From Rhizodiscina lignyota (Eukaryota): a DNA stretch of 64,000 bases. The number at the start of each line of letters is the position of its first letter. Position 1 is the stretch's first letter. Shown piece after piece: positions 1 through 13,555 of this stretch. Where the stretch lies: the NCBI GenBank assembly GCA_010015805.1, contig ML978121.1:2046001-2110000 (forward strand). Reading direction: 5' to 3'. The notes beneath the pieces are model-generated. The model did not search any database. It had not been told where the DNA came from and worked only from the letters and a program-made list of their open reading frames with translations. The position numbers and the translations under genes are program-made.

Positions 1-105
1 AATTTATGAGGTTAACCATCTGCAACTGCCACCTTTGCTACCGTTCAGAAACACCATTTTAGAGAGTGTCCCATTGAGGACATCCATTTGCACAGTCAGT
101 GCCTG

Positions 106-1322
106 CTAAACGCCACATTCACTTGCCGGGGATGGAAGGGCAAGAGGATACACTCCGTCACCAGGAACAACATCCGGACCGGGCTTCGGATACTTCAGCT
201 CGGCAGTGGTAAGAGGAGACTCGCAGCCGTTGTTGATGTCTGCAAAGAACATCGATGGGCGATCCTTATAGGCGACGGTGGAACGCTCTTCAACGTGAAC
301 GACGTCGACATCGCGCTCCAGATCGTGCTCCAGATTGTGCTTTGTGACCAGGCTCCGGAAGTGGGAGCGGACGATGCTGCCAAAGCGCTTATGCTTGCTG
401 CCAGCTGCAGTTGGGGACTCGTTGCATGTACAAGTGCAGTCGCTCATGCTGTAGTGGCCGTTGGTATTCTTCTTAGCTGCTTGGGCACAGGTGCAGGCAC
501 AATCGCTCATCAAGTAAGCTGGAGTAATACGCTTGTTGATCGCGGGAATCAAGACAGCGCGTTTGTGGATTGCTCCAGGTTTTGGTGCCGATGGGGCCTT
601 GCTGCAATCGCAGTCGCATCCGCCAGTGGTGTATTGGTTGGCGGCGTCTAGAGCGAAAGCGGACGCGCATGTACAGGTACAGCCGTCCATATCATACGAT
701 GGAGCGGCGTTGGAGGCCGGCCCGGTTGATGAACTTGACTTGGAATCTTTCTTTGCGATGGTGACTGCAGCACAGTTCATGAAGAATTCCTGTTCGCGAT
801 TCATCCATGTCCACGCGAAGACGGCTTGGCCCGTCGGCATGTCTGCAGGGACGTCGAACTCAAAGGTCTGTCCACTAGGATCAAGTCCACCATTGCGATG
901 CGGGCAGTTGCCTTCGAAGCTTGTCGCAACTTGGAACGTCTTGCCCTTGTCAACGGAGAAGCCAACCTGGCATGAACCGCCGTAGTGATTTCCTAGCTCA
1001 TGTGAGATAGTATAGTACCTCTTACCTTTACTGTGAATATGACATGGAGAAGCATACCGAGACCCGTGAGAGTGAATTTCTGCTTACTACCAACTACCCA
1101 AGACGTGACGGGAGCCCCTTCAGGTTTGCCTAAGAGATTAAGATAGCCACCGCATGGGAACACCGTGGTTCTTCCACAACAGTTGTACGGGTAGAAGAGG
1201 AATGGATCCGGGGCTCCAGAGGTGTGAGGATTGTTACTGGAATTGAACGCTGGGGGGTAGTTGAGCTGCATGTGGCTACGCGCCACAATCAGCAGCGACA
1301 GCATGCATAAGAGGAGAATCAT
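106..1322 (-). CDS. Secreted AA11-like lytic polysaccharide monooxygenase with Cys-rich insertion (2 exons)
   Basis: Signal peptide MILLLCMLSLLIVARS is followed by His1 (HMQLNYPP). Intron 993-1057 (GTATGC...TAG) joins to GNHYGGSCQVGFS. Also has the WTWMNREQEFFMNCAAVTI motif and C-terminal PSMFFADINNGC...YPKPGPDV, matching the AA11 pattern. Confidence 0.8.
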
Positions 1323-1456
1323 GGTCGTCAAGTATAGACTGTTGAGTGGAAAAGATCCTTCGATATAAGGAAGGAATTGGCTGTTGCTAAAAAAAGTAAA
1401 AGGAGTGTGGGAAGAGAAAGGTTGAGTGTTAAGTAGGAAGAAGGAAGGTTGTCGTA

Positions 1457-1462
1457 TTTATA
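1457..1462 (-). promoter_or_regulatory. Putative TATA box of the LPMO gene
   Basis: TATAAA on the minus strand about 135 nt upstream of the ATG at 1322, followed by a pyrimidine-rich leader. Confidence 0.45.
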
Positions 1463-2960
1463 TGGCCGGTTTGTTTTGGCGTGGACGCGACGTTGTTGTG
1501 ATGAAAGCGTTCGCGCAATAGAGCATGATTGTGTTGCCCGTCAATAGCCGCCAAATACGCGCTCTTTAATCGCAGATTGCACATGTGACTGATCGCGTGT
1601 TCTACTGTGAAGACGGGAGCTCAGCTCATTAAACTCATCCCAGCGATAAGCTTTGCCAGCCGGCCAGTTCAATTTATCAGTTCTGCTCCCCTCTCTAACA
1701 GCAGTGGCAAAGTGGCATCCCAAGAAAATTAAGAGTATAGCACAATCGGCACGTTTGGAAAGGGCCAGGAGAAGTGGCTCTAGTGGATGTGAAATGGTCT
1801 AAATGCATCTAACGTTGCACGAGCGCCTGGGGGGCATTTGTGTCACTGTGGTGAGACACCATTCCAGAGCGGACATCCCATGGACGTTTAGATGAAGTTG
1901 AAACAAGAACGCCTGGAGACAATTGTAGGCGGCTGTATGGAGTAGGAAGGCAAGGAAGGGATGATTGATGTTCGCCGTGTTTGCTGTGAAGCAGTCTACA
2001 TCGCCAACTGGAATGTGACTGACGAAAGGCTCCGTTTGCGTTCCATTCAAATAGACAAAAGTGTTATTATACCGATATCTATACTTCATAACTAAGTGAA
2101 GAAGGGGAAAGAAGAGTGAAGCGGGTACCCCTGTCAAGCTTTTGGTCGCTCTCGGGAGGCTAGACCCAACGGTTAAAGTAGTATTTAGGCTGTGGTGCGC
2201 CGAGCGGCCGCTCCGGCGGACCACAAATAAGATAGCGGCTCTACCACCGTGCCTCGATTTTCAATCAGAAAGGAGTGACCTTCACAACCAAAAGCGTGCA
2301 AGGTTTCAGCAGTATGATATTGTGACCTAGTCTTCAAAGAACCAAAGCCAAGCTTTCACAGATAGTCTCGCTTACATTGAAGTGCAAGAGCAGCTCATCC
2401 TGAATAGAAGCTGTACGGCGGACGACGCGGCCAAAGACGTAGAACTTCCGCGAGCATTGCTGTGATGTGCCCCTCACGTCATTGGTTGATATTCCACAAT
2501 GCTCCATGTCCATGGACCGAAGCCAGTTGAGAGGAATAACGCTCCGTCAACTCTAGCTACTTAAATGAAACCATAGCTAGAGCTTCAAGTTGAACCGTCG
2601 TCCAGGATGGGCTCCTCAAGATCTATGTCTCAAATTTACACGACTTGCTCGAGGATACGATCTGCGGCGGCCCAAAGGCCTCTACTTCGAATATGTGGTT
2701 CCCACGTTCGAGGATATCCTCGTGCTCTTTCGCCATGCTATAATAACAATCTCACGCCGGGCACATTCAATGTGGTTTCACAGCCCCTACTCAGGTTCAA
2801 TTCGTCACAGCAACGAAACTTTGCTTCAAGTGTGGTATGACATCACCATTACCTTGTTGACACCTTCCTCATATTATAAAATTTTCGAACCCTCAAACTC
2901 TAGAAACTCTCAGTCTCCTCATCCGAACAGAAACAGAAAACTGAACTCACTGTATCCAAG

Positions 2961-3934
2961 ATGTCGAACAATCAGGACTTCGAATTGAACCAAGTCTTCA
3001 ACATCAAGGGCAAAGTTGCTCTTGTGACTGGCGGAGGTAGTGGTATTGGCTTGATGGTATGTCGGTGCGAATGACTTTGTGCAGGATCTCGATACTGACG
3101 AACGATAAGTGCACTCAAGCTCTAGCGGTCAACGGTGCCAAAGTCTACATCGTCGGCCGCACTGATGAGAAGCTTGAACGAGTCGTTGAAACTCACGGGA
3201 AGGACATCCAGGGTGAAATTGTGCCCATCACCGGAGATGTCACAGACCAGAAGGGGGTCGAGTATGCGGTCCAACACTTGCAAGAGAGAAACCTATGCTA
3301 ATAGGATATTAGACAACTCGTCAAGGAGATCTCCAATCGTGAAAAGCATCTCGACATCCTCATCAACAACGCTGGCATCGCGCCCGGAAAGGCCTCAACT
3401 CATGTCAAAACTGCCGAAGAACTTAGCAAGAGCCTCTTCAACCAGACTTCGCCTGAGGAATGGTCCTCCATCCACACAACCAATGTGGCTGGCCCGTATC
3501 TAATGTCGACCGCTTTCCTGCCGTTGCTCCAGAAGGGATCGGAAGCACAGCATGGCTGGTCCAGCACCATCATCAACATCACCTCGATCAGCGGCATGGT
3601 GCGCATCTCGCAGGGCCATTTCTCGTACAACGCGTCGAAGGCCGCCGCAATCCACCTGAACAAGATGCTCGCTGCCGAGATTGCTGATGTGGGCCTGAAG
3701 ATCCGTGTCAATGCGATTGCGCCTGGAGTCTTCCCGAGCGAGATGACGACGCAGGATAGCGACGAGGCGCAGAAGAGTCAGATGGAGAAGGAGAGAAAGG
3801 GCGATTTGCCGAGTGGCAGGCCGGGTAACGATCGAGACATGGCGGGCGCAGTGCTCTTCGCAGTCTGCAACCAGTACCTGAACGGTCAGAATTTCGCAGT
3901 GGATGGTGGTTACCTCATCTCTACTGGAACTTGA
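2961..3934 (+). CDS. Short-chain dehydrogenase/reductase (3 exons)
   Basis: MSNNQDFELNQVFNIKGKVALVTGGGSGIG (TGxxxGxG), NNAG, catalytic YNASK, and VNAIAPGVFPS. Introns at about 3057-3109 and 3262-3312. Confidence 0.92.
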
Positions 3935-4771
3935 CTGCGTCCGACGTAAACGTTAGTCGAGGACGAGATTGTACCCCATTGGCTCGGATTACGAAAAAGG
4001 TGCCTGGTATCAGCGGAAAGGGAAGTTTAACGGCTTCAAGCATTCAGCAAAGGGAACTGTCTTTCTTTGATAGGGTCATTTATCTATGATCCTGTCCAGC
4101 TCAATTGGGCGTTCAGTCGTTCAGGGCAAGCTCATGATTTGTTAGCGCCACACAACAAAGAGAGAAACATAGGCATGATTCAAACAGGAAGTAATAACTT
4201 GAAACTATCTTCCGTGAACGTTAACTTATGCCGGTGTGCTGAAGAGACGATGCAAAAGGGGTGTCGTTCGAAGAAATGGAGACAGCGGCATGCCGCAAAG
4301 TGCCAGACCCTTGTTCATCCGATATCGGCGACTTTCTCCATCCCATATTTGCCGCCTGTGTGACTGCAATGCCCATGTTGAATAATCTCCACAAGGCTTG
4401 TCTACTTGCCCTTCGAAAGTTTTATAAGCACAGTGAGATTGTAATTGACCGGTGCATAATAATCCACTCATAACTTGCTCACGTTCCAGAAGGGGACATT
4501 TATATACCAGCTTGCCAGGAGCTTCATGGAGTCTAGCTTGTTCGTATTAATATTAAAGACCTTCTAATAAACTATAACGTAATCCGAAGCCCATTTTGTA
4601 TAATGGATCATGCCATCGTCTGACACCATTCCATATCCCACCAATCTCCAGAAACCATCCAGCCAGAAACCCAAAAAGACGCCGTTGCTATGCGCTTCAA
4701 AGCCACCCAAAATACCCGAATACGCGCCGCCTCCGCTTATCCCGATGACTTGATGGAGAGAAACAAGTCAT

Positions 4772-5182
4772 CTAGCTAACTCCATAGTAAGCCCTGTAAG
4801 CAGCGTTCACGCCCTCGTGATGCTCCTTCGCATGCTGCTTTACGCGCTGCCACACCTTCTTCGTGCTCTTGCTGTCCTGCTTCTTCTCCGCAGCGGGCCG
4901 CGCTTCGACTTCGTAGTGGTGGTCCTCGTCAATCAGAGCCCGCTGGCTCTCCTCGCTCTTGCGTGGCCTGTAAGAAGGTGCATCCTGTGGCCTCGAGCCG
5001 ACGCCGTAGAACGCTTCGTACGCGGCGTTCACCTCACGGTGGTGCTGGGCGAGTCTGTGGCCCACCGCCTTCAATCCTGAGGCGACAGAGGAGGAGCGGC
5101 GCTCGTTCTGGACTGAGGAGCTGGTTGAAGAGACAGAGGAGGATGAGTCCTTGCGGTTGTAGGCGGAGACTGGTGCGGACAT
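4772..5182 (-). CDS. Small hydrophilic protein with duplicated HHxxVNAAYxxxYG motif
   Basis: ATG at 5182 in good context (CACAATG), 136 aa, two copies of the motif, and TATATAAG about 225 nt upstream on the minus strand. Confidence 0.75.
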   Translation of the reverse strand: MSAPVSAYNRKDSSSSVSSTSSSVQNERRSSSVASGLKAVGHRLAQHHREVNAAYEAFYGVGSRPQDAPSYRPRKSEESQRALIDEDHHYEVEARPAAEKKQDSKSTKKVWQRVKQHAKEHHEGVNAAYRAYYGVS

Positions 5183-8100
5183 TGTGATTGATGTGAAGTC
5201 GGTAAGGTTGATTTGAGGTGTGATGATGAAGATGCCGAGGCGATCAGAAGATGAGTGATTCAATTGTTTGCTGATTTATATGTCGATTGGAGTCTTGAGT
5301 TATTGAAAATTGATTGCTTGTAGTGTGGATGATCTGTTCTTGTCTTCTTCTGATGTCTTGTAGTGTTGTGGGAATGGCCTTGAGCAACGGGGGACAATTG
5401 CCACTCTTATATAGAAATAGCCTACCCATTGAGGTCTTACAGGAGTATGACTCCGAATTTGCCATTAAAAATCACACGCCCTTCAGATCACCTTTAGCTG
5501 CTTAGCGCGCGAACATGTCGTTGAGGCTGGTGACACATGGGCCGAAGGAAACGCCATACCGCCATCATGTCCGCCCTATGCGCAAAACTGCGACGCGAAT
5601 TCTGAATGACATGACAGGGTTCACGGATTACTACTGGGTAGTTTGCCGACAAAATGCGCCCAACGGCGTCAGGGCGCAAGGCAACGAAGCGCTGCGATTG
5701 GACGGACGGCTGCAAAGGGCGTAATGCTGAATAATAAGCGAGTTTCGTCATAATTCTCCTTTCGCAAGATGACACCGCAAGATCCTTCGGCGAGCCGTAA
5801 AGGGCGCGTGTCAAGGCGGATGCTGTGCCGACCACGGAACGACGCCGGAGTTGAAGTTGCCTCGAAGAGGCTAAAGCCCTGCTCTCTAAAGGTATTTTCC
5901 GCTCCATGCGGAACCCATTTGGCGGCCGACACCCAGGGTCCAAAATTAGCACACGCCGTTGGGAAGAAATTTTCTTAGTGAGCGAAGTACAAGACTGCGG
6001 CGTGACTAACAATATCCACATCGTGAGATCGAGAAGATTCTCGTTACCCTATCCAATGTCCCTTCTGTGGGCACCGCGGAGGAGGAGTCCGACGGGAGAA
6101 GTTTTATTATCCAGTCCTTTCTCCCTCGTGTGTGGCGCCTGGCTCCAGATGCCTTTGGAGTATTAGCTGCTGCCGTTAAAGTCTACGCCTCCGAACATTC
6201 AATTAATTCAGTTTTCCCATGTGGAGCAGTGAAAACAAGTTTTCCAGTTGCATCTCCGATCGTCAGAATTTTCTTTTCGTCGATCTGATGGCACCGGGCC
6301 ATTTGCACGGCTGTCGCCAAATGCAACAGTAAGATAGACGCAAATTCGAGGCCATATTGACCTGTTTAGGGAAGTCTGCGAGATTCTTACCACAGCACTT
6401 ATTATATGGAACGACACATTCGCAATCGATGAGAGGCAACTTCTCGTGATGTGGAATCGCCCTACCGATCATTTGAATGGCATTCCATGCCTCCTGCGAG
6501 AACAATGACTACATTGGGAAGACTGCGTAGGACCTCTTCCAATTGCTCACTCCATCGCAAATGCAGAGGAATCCTGCCTTGATGGCCGTGATTTTCGCGC
6601 ATTGCCACTGCAGTGGAAACATTATGCGATGATTTGAGCGGTGGGACATGATCAATCCTCGAGACTTGGCTTTCGCATTCCTCCGGAGCAGACCTCGCGC
6701 TTTCGACTCCCAAGGGAGAGCAGTTGTCACTGCCGGTGCGCCATTGATCGCCAAAGATGAGATGATAGGCTGGCCAGCTGCGTCGTAACAGACGAATACT
6801 TGGCACTGAATAGCTAAGATATCTTGCGACGCGCCCTCTTTACTGTCTCTATGCAATTTCGTATCGTCGGACATGCATGAATTCCTAAGTCTGTATTTCC
6901 ATTCCGTTTTTGTTCGAATCAGGCGCGTCCACGGTTCCTCCATCCGTGTGGAGCGGGCTCTTTAGATGCTGAGTCGACGATTTTGAAGCACAGGGCGGGC
7001 CATTGCGACTGTGCCCGAACAACTCAGATAGACGCGATCGTCTTTCGAAATTGCGCTGCTGGAACTTATTTGAGACGCGGTGCAGCGAGACTGCGGCTTG
7101 ATGTACCAGAATATAGCCTGTGCCCGTTGATTTGACAACAAGGCTTAGGGTGAAGCGGAACCTGAGTGCTTTTCTCAAAGCCGCGTCTCCTCCATTCCAC
7201 CGGAGCGCGGCAGGCTGCCTGTTCCGGAAGGCGGCTATCTCATCGAGCGTTTGTTTCCCGCACTCGAGACAGCATAGAACTGCTATATTGACCTTCAGGG
7301 TTCGGACGGTATCGTCATTCGCATTGAAATGCTTGTAAGACGGTGATATAAACTGTTAACTGTCAATTAGCCTCCAGAATTCGTAATGATCGTTGCTTAA
7401 TAGAGGAAGCGTTCGAAAGAAATGGTTGTATGAATGGGTAGCGATGTTACATGCTCGCACGGTTTGGATTGCGATTGCATCGATGAGATGGACGCCGCGT
7501 TGCTCTGACCGAGTCACTGTAGCAGGTTGGCAATTAGTGATATCTTGGCCATTGGCATTCGAGCAGTAATCTCGCCGATGTATGCTGGAAAGATGTGAGG
7601 TCACTTTGACCGCCGATATCGAATGCAGCTCTCAGTTGTCCACAAGGGCCTCGACACGCCGACACTTGTCATTATTTGTTAGCCTTGGGTGCTGTTGACC
7701 GAAGGAGGAATTTTGAATGGCCGTCTCGTTGTCTTTTCGATATTCTTGAAGAGGGCCTCAGGAACAAGCTTGACGTCGAAACGGTTGTTGATGAATTCGA
7801 CGGCTATAACAGTTTGAGCGGCGATAATGGAAAACTTAAGCCATGAGAGCAACTGAGGTGGTCTTTCTCAACTTCCTGCGGACTGCAGAATGAGCCTTTG
7901 GTATATCCAGGCTAAGCTGTCCCCTCAGCATATATGTCACCAAATCTTAATTCCTTGGTGCTACCTCCGAAGAGGTCATTCAACCCAACTGTGATTGCTT
8001 TCGATTAGCCATGATCGGAGTTGTTGCTTGCTCTGTTGTCATCGTCTTCAATTCGGCGCGTCTAACATGAACATGCCCTTGCCTCTTTATGGATGTCTCA

Positions 8101-10167
8101 TCCAGGTAATACAGCTTGCAAGGTCAAGCTTGTAAGCATAAACATGGACGGTCATGACATGGCGTAAAAGCAATTGCCTGCCCGAGGACAAAAGGGCATC
8201 TTTGGGGAAGATGTGGAAGAAACGCGGAATCAACGACGGAAGGAGATTACGATTACTGTACCAAGGCAGGCAAATTATAAGTGGACGAAGGCACGATGCC
8301 ACTTCCAAAACATTCCGGAGACCTGAATCCATGTCTGAGACGATGGTTATGATCATCTCAATTATAGGACCCTGATGTCAGCGAGTCATTTAAGCTCAGT
8401 GCCAAAGGAAGATTCGCGTCAGCCTTATCGAAGGAGTACCGAGATTCCGTCAAGTCCACGTGTAGCTCGTGTAGATGGATCTACGCGGCTCGTGGTAATC
8501 CGGGTTGTTAGCTCGTGGCACCGGTGTTCGCTAGTCGTTTAGCACCGGCCGCTGACTGCCGGTGGGAGAGATGTTGACTGCCGAAATGATGCCTGGCCGA
8601 TTTCAAGGAAAAATACGAGTAGGATGGGTGATCGTGTCTTTCAGAGATCTATGCATGGGAGTAAATATCGAAGTTGTAAGAGCGCACTGACTGCCGAGCC
8701 ATACGGCCCGGGAGCATGCCAGGTCCCAGGAGAAAGTCATCACGGAAAGGGGGAGGTGGTGAGATACGGAGGTACATGCATGCTGTGGCATTAAGGGATT
8801 CGCGAAAGGATGGATAAGCTTAATTCTCCGGTCCTATTAGGAGTCCATGGGAGTGGTGCAATACGAATGAAGCGAAATGAACGATTCCTTTTCCAAGTTT
8901 TCACCGTCTGTATGGGTCGAAAATCTCCTGACTGCTTCGAGAATTTTGCTGGATGAAGCAGCGGGAAGATGACTGGCTTGCGCACCAATAGAGCCTGCAT
9001 GCATACGCAGGGCAGTACTGCTGAACTTGGAGTGCCGTCATCTCATAGGTGCCTGAAATGAGCATGGTGTCTCCTTTCATCTGGGTCGGATCATCCTGAT
9101 GGGACGAGTCGGGCACGGCTGTTTCGAAGGAACGGGTAATTTTCTGGAAGCAAGTACCGTCCACATGGCAATCATGCAATCATGCAATGTGGCGCACCGG
9201 CGTCGCGTCAGTGGCCCAAGTGCTCGTCTGTGAGGGGAGGCTGGTGTCCGCTTGACCGCGACCTCTTCGGAACAGCCGAAGTGCGATGCCACTCGTAGGT
9301 TGCAAGAGGGTTGGCCGGACGTCGCACTTGATGAGGCACAGCGCGATCAACAGTCGTGCAGCGCAGACGTGGTACAGCAGACGCTCTTGCAGCAGAAATG
9401 GACGCGCTCGGAAAATTAAAAGGGGATCCATCAGCCAGCCGCCACCAATGAGGGCTGGGGCATCGGCGCATTTGTTTGGAGAAATGGCCGGCGCTCCCGT
9501 TCGCACGTTGCCGGCGGCGGTGGCTGACGACGGAGAGGATGGAGTGGGACGACGATGGCGTGGATGCTGGCTGTAGGTCGACAGAGCATCGTTGCCAGCG
9601 CACTTGCGCCAGCACTCCTCCCTCGCAGCGCCTCGCTTGCTCTGCACCAGCTGGCGGCGGAGCATACCCTCGCTCGCCCGCCCAATCACTGTCTGCTCGC
9701 GACTCCGCACTCGCAGATCTGCCTACGAGCCCTAACCTTGCTCCTTGCTCCTTGCTCCTCGATTACCTCAGGCCATCGATGGGCGCTACTGTGCTAGCAC
9801 CGAATCCGCCCGCCGCCGCGTGCGCAAAGTGGGTGCGTGAATGAGGAGCAAGACACCGACTCGACTCCAAATCCTTCCCTTCAGCCCCAAAATATCAGCG
9901 ACGGACCCTGTCGCGATCCCCCAGACGGCTCTAATAATCTCTCGCTACACTCCCACACGCTGCTCCATTTTCCGCACCGCCTCTGCTACATCCTGTCGCC
10001 CTCAATCCACTGCGTCTGGACGACCGTGGTAGACCGGGACCGCGTTGCACACGCTCGCTCACTTGTACGAGTAGCCACTCCTGTATTCTTGCGCTGCATA
10101 TATGCCTACCCAGTACTACGACCACTAGACGCCCGCGGGCACAAGACACCGTCCATCGAGCCCGGCG

Positions 10168-12190
10168 ATGGCTCGCCCCGCCATCACCGTCGACTTCCTC
10201 TCGAGCGACACGCTGTTCGAGCGCGAGGTGCTCAAGCTCTCCGACGGCGAAACCGAGGATGATCTCAACCAGCGCGTCGTCCAGTCCGCCCAGGACGTCG
10301 GCTTGTCCGACCTCGAGATTGCTCATACCTTGGGACCTGCCATTAATCCGTTCCCTGCGCCGACCGCGCCGTCGAGTATTTCCACCACCGCGATCCACAG
10401 TCCGAACTCGAGGGGGAGCTTGAATACGAACTCCACCGCACCCACGTCCAGCCATTCCATCAGCTCCGGGGAGCCGAGGCAGAGCCTGCACAGGCCGTCA
10501 CACCACAAAAACATATCGATATCGAGTTTGTTTGGTCCGTTGAAAGGGAAAGAGTTTTCTCCGCCGTCGTTGGAGAGCATACCCATCACGCTCCCAGAGG
10601 CACACTCGCCCAGGAGAACAAAGCCCCACTTTCTTGTTCGCGACATCGAGATACGCTTGGCACATGGAAAAGGACTGAAGAAGCTGTCGAAAGTATTCAG
10701 AAAAGACTCTATGCACGAGCATATACCATGGCAAATGGAGCCGACTCCAGAAGCATCACCTACCGTCTCAGCTATGAAGCCCATCGGCAGCGGTATTCGC
10801 ACCGGCGTTGCCGGGCAAATATCAATAAAAGAGGAGGATGCACCTGTTATCACGGAGAGGAGGCTCTTCTCTAGCAGACCGCCTTCAATCAACACTGAGG
10901 CTGGCGAGCGACTTGGCTTCAGAGCAAGGTCGAGCAAATTTCTCGGAAAGAAGATGAACAGAAGAAGCGTAACTGGACCAATTGACATTGCGAACGGTCG
11001 GCACGCCTGGTCTTCTCTCGAGCTAAGCGTTGAACCCGAGACACCTCTGACGCCTCTGACACCGCTGTCATCGATGGAAGACGAATCGGAAATAGACGGA
11101 GCTAGCACAACTCTGCAAGCAATGCTCGCCTCCTCACCATTCGAATCGCCAGAACCATTGAGACAAGAGATGAAAGATGCAATGAAAACTCGGTCATTCA
11201 TCACCGTCCAAGCATTGAATCGAGGCGAGCTCCGACGACTAAAAGCATTTCGGAACAAGCAACTGCTCGCACTGGCCACTCTACACGAAGTGGAGCGGAA
11301 CAAAATGCTCAGCATATACGAGCAACAGAAGGAACTCATCGACGCAAAGGTATTTATACCCCAAATTTCTGTTTTGTTCCCCCCGGATCCTCCCCCAGAG
11401 GGCCCAGAACCATATGCTTGTTTCTGTGTGGGGAACCCGACATTCTCCGCACGAATCCTCATGTGCACCCCTTGCTCGGCCTTCCTTCCTACCACTCAAC
11501 CCTTGCTCACTCAGCATTCTCATTATCGTCTTCCTGCGCAATGCTAACAAAGCCGTCGGATAGTACCGCCAAGCGCTCACGCATCTCGTCGAGGACCGCC
11601 AAGTACTCGCGGAGCTCGACCTGCTCGCTGCGCTCGACGACCGGCTGAAGAAGGAGCAGGGTAAGCTGCGCCACATGGAGGCGTACTGCTCGCCGTCATC
11701 CGGTCGCAAGATCACGAGCCAGAATCTTGCGATGCTGGAGCAGCAAAGGCAGCTGGTCGAGCAGCTGCAGAGCGACAAGTACCGCCAGGATAGCTCGAAC
11801 CACCTGCGGGAGAAGCAGGATGTTGATAAGGCGAGGCTGCCGAAGCAGCAGGAACTCGAGCTGGCGGAGCTGAATGGAAAGAGGAGCAAGGCGTTGGCTC
11901 AGCGGGAAGAGGTTGAGATGGCTGAAGTGAGAAGCCTTAATTTGATTGTACGAAGGAGGAGGGACGCCAGCGTCGCGAGGAGTAATCTAAGATTCGAGGT
12001 GTGGAGAAGAAACGTCGAAGAGGAGAAAGGAAAGATTCCCGGCGGCCTACCGTATCTGCGACCGGAAGAAGTCTGGGATGCGTTCTGGATGGTCGACGTG
12101 CCGTTGAAGAGCGCCTTGGATGACGTCTTGCCACCGGAAGAGGCGCACCACAGCCACCAGCGCAAAAATGCGCTGGGCGCGAAGCAATAA
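10168..12190 (+). CDS. Hypothetical protein: disordered N-terminus and coiled-coil C-terminus with LRHMEAYC motif (2 exons)
   Basis: The 459-aa ORF joins the downstream ORF through intron 11350-11563 (GTATTT...GCTAAC...TAG). The joined reading EDRQVLAELDL...KLRHMEAYC resembles the coiled-coil tail of fungal IBR-domain proteins, but no RING/IBR cysteines are visible. Confidence 0.75.
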
Positions 12191-13192
12191 CATTGGGACA
12201 CGGGCGGGGCTGACGAAGTAAAGAGTTGGTACCTTCGGGTTTCTCTGGTCAGAGGAGAGCAGAGTAATGGAGGACATACTATGATTCATGGAAGTACGGC
12301 AACAGTTTTCTCACACACACGTTTTGGCGGCAGGCATATCTTTGGAGCCTTTTTGGAGTTTTGAGCGTTGAAGCCTCTTGGACAAGCGGGCACGCGCCGA
12401 CAGTACGCGTATTGTTTTTTTTGTATTTTCGAAAGGCCATGGGCCTTTTTGGTGTTCCAGATACCCCCCCTTCTGTTTCATTTGGTATATATTGATGATC
12501 AGGGATTTTGGTGGGCGGGTTGGGTGGCATAGTTACGTGTGCGGATTTGGACGACGGATGGGCCGAGGGAGGGCTTTGTGCATACAACCTTAGGATATGG
12601 GCTTACATAATGAGAGACCCGAGTGGAAATGGAAACGGATGTGTTGAATGGCTTGTGCGATCTCCTCGGAATATAAAAGGCGCCATGTTAACCAGGTACC
12701 GTTACGCCGCGTGAGCAAATCCGATGCCGCATTCGTGCCGCATCCTCAATTTGCGTAGGTACGGCGCGTCTCCCATTTCTTTCTACTTCACTTCTATGCT
12801 CATGATTGTGAAGAGAGTATTTGCTTCTAATAGACCGCTAATTTGCTCGCTTGAGCCAATGATGTTCTGGTGAAAGGGCGCAAAACGACGGCATAATGTG
12901 AACGGCTTCGGTTGGCATTCAGTCACTGTTGAGATGTACAACGAGACCCTCATGTGTCATCATACGCTGGCTATTTGAAACGTGCTCTTTTGTGCAATTG
13001 TTTCATAAGCGATAAAAGGTTAAGTAGATCACATCTTTCCATTGGCCTCGGAGCCAGCCCAACAATCTTTCAAACATCTCAAAGCTTTACCTTCAAAGTC
13101 AGTGCTATCTTCAGTGTTTGAAATCAAACCTTCTTCAATGTATAAAGTCTGCTAACACTCTTCAAGCTTGCCATAATTGCTCCGCAATCCAC

Positions 13193-13555
13193 ATGGCGAT
13201 CCTCTTTGACGGAGCCGACTTCGAAGCCGATGCGCCAGAAATCAAGCAGAGAATGACGGCCATCGAAACCTTCATCAAGGGAATGTCCGAAAACCGCAAA
13301 GTACGCCGATTTGCCTTCGATCAGGAAAAGTACGAGGCCGAGTCGGACTCGGAGGGCTGCGACAGAGGAACGACATGCGTGGTCATGAGGAACTGGCATG
13401 GAGTCTCGAACCGTGGCCAATGGATTACTTGCGTGTTGATATGGAACGGCTATATCGATAATAAGGGGGAATGGCATCCTGAAGAACCTTACCGAGTTTA
13501 CCAAGTGTTCGCTGATGGAGCTGCACGTCAGTGTCGACGGAAGAAGGAGATCTGA
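13193..13555 (+). CDS. Hypothetical protein (about 120 aa)
   Basis: Open frame with protein-like composition from the ATG at 13193. No recognised domain. Confidence 0.4.
   Translation: MAILFDGADFEADAPEIKQRMTAIETFIKGMSENRKVRRFAFDQEKYEAESDSEGCDRGTTCVVMRNWHGVSNRGQWITCVLIWNGYIDNKGEWHPEEPYRVYQVFADGAARQCRRKKEI

Noticed and set aside
5500..10100. Many short ORFs; possible transposon
   Set aside because: No transposase, RT or integrase motifs, terminal repeats or strongly AT-rich RIP tract were visible.
10323..11495. 390-aa minus-strand ORF
   Set aside because: Antisense to the 10168 gene, with no independent features.
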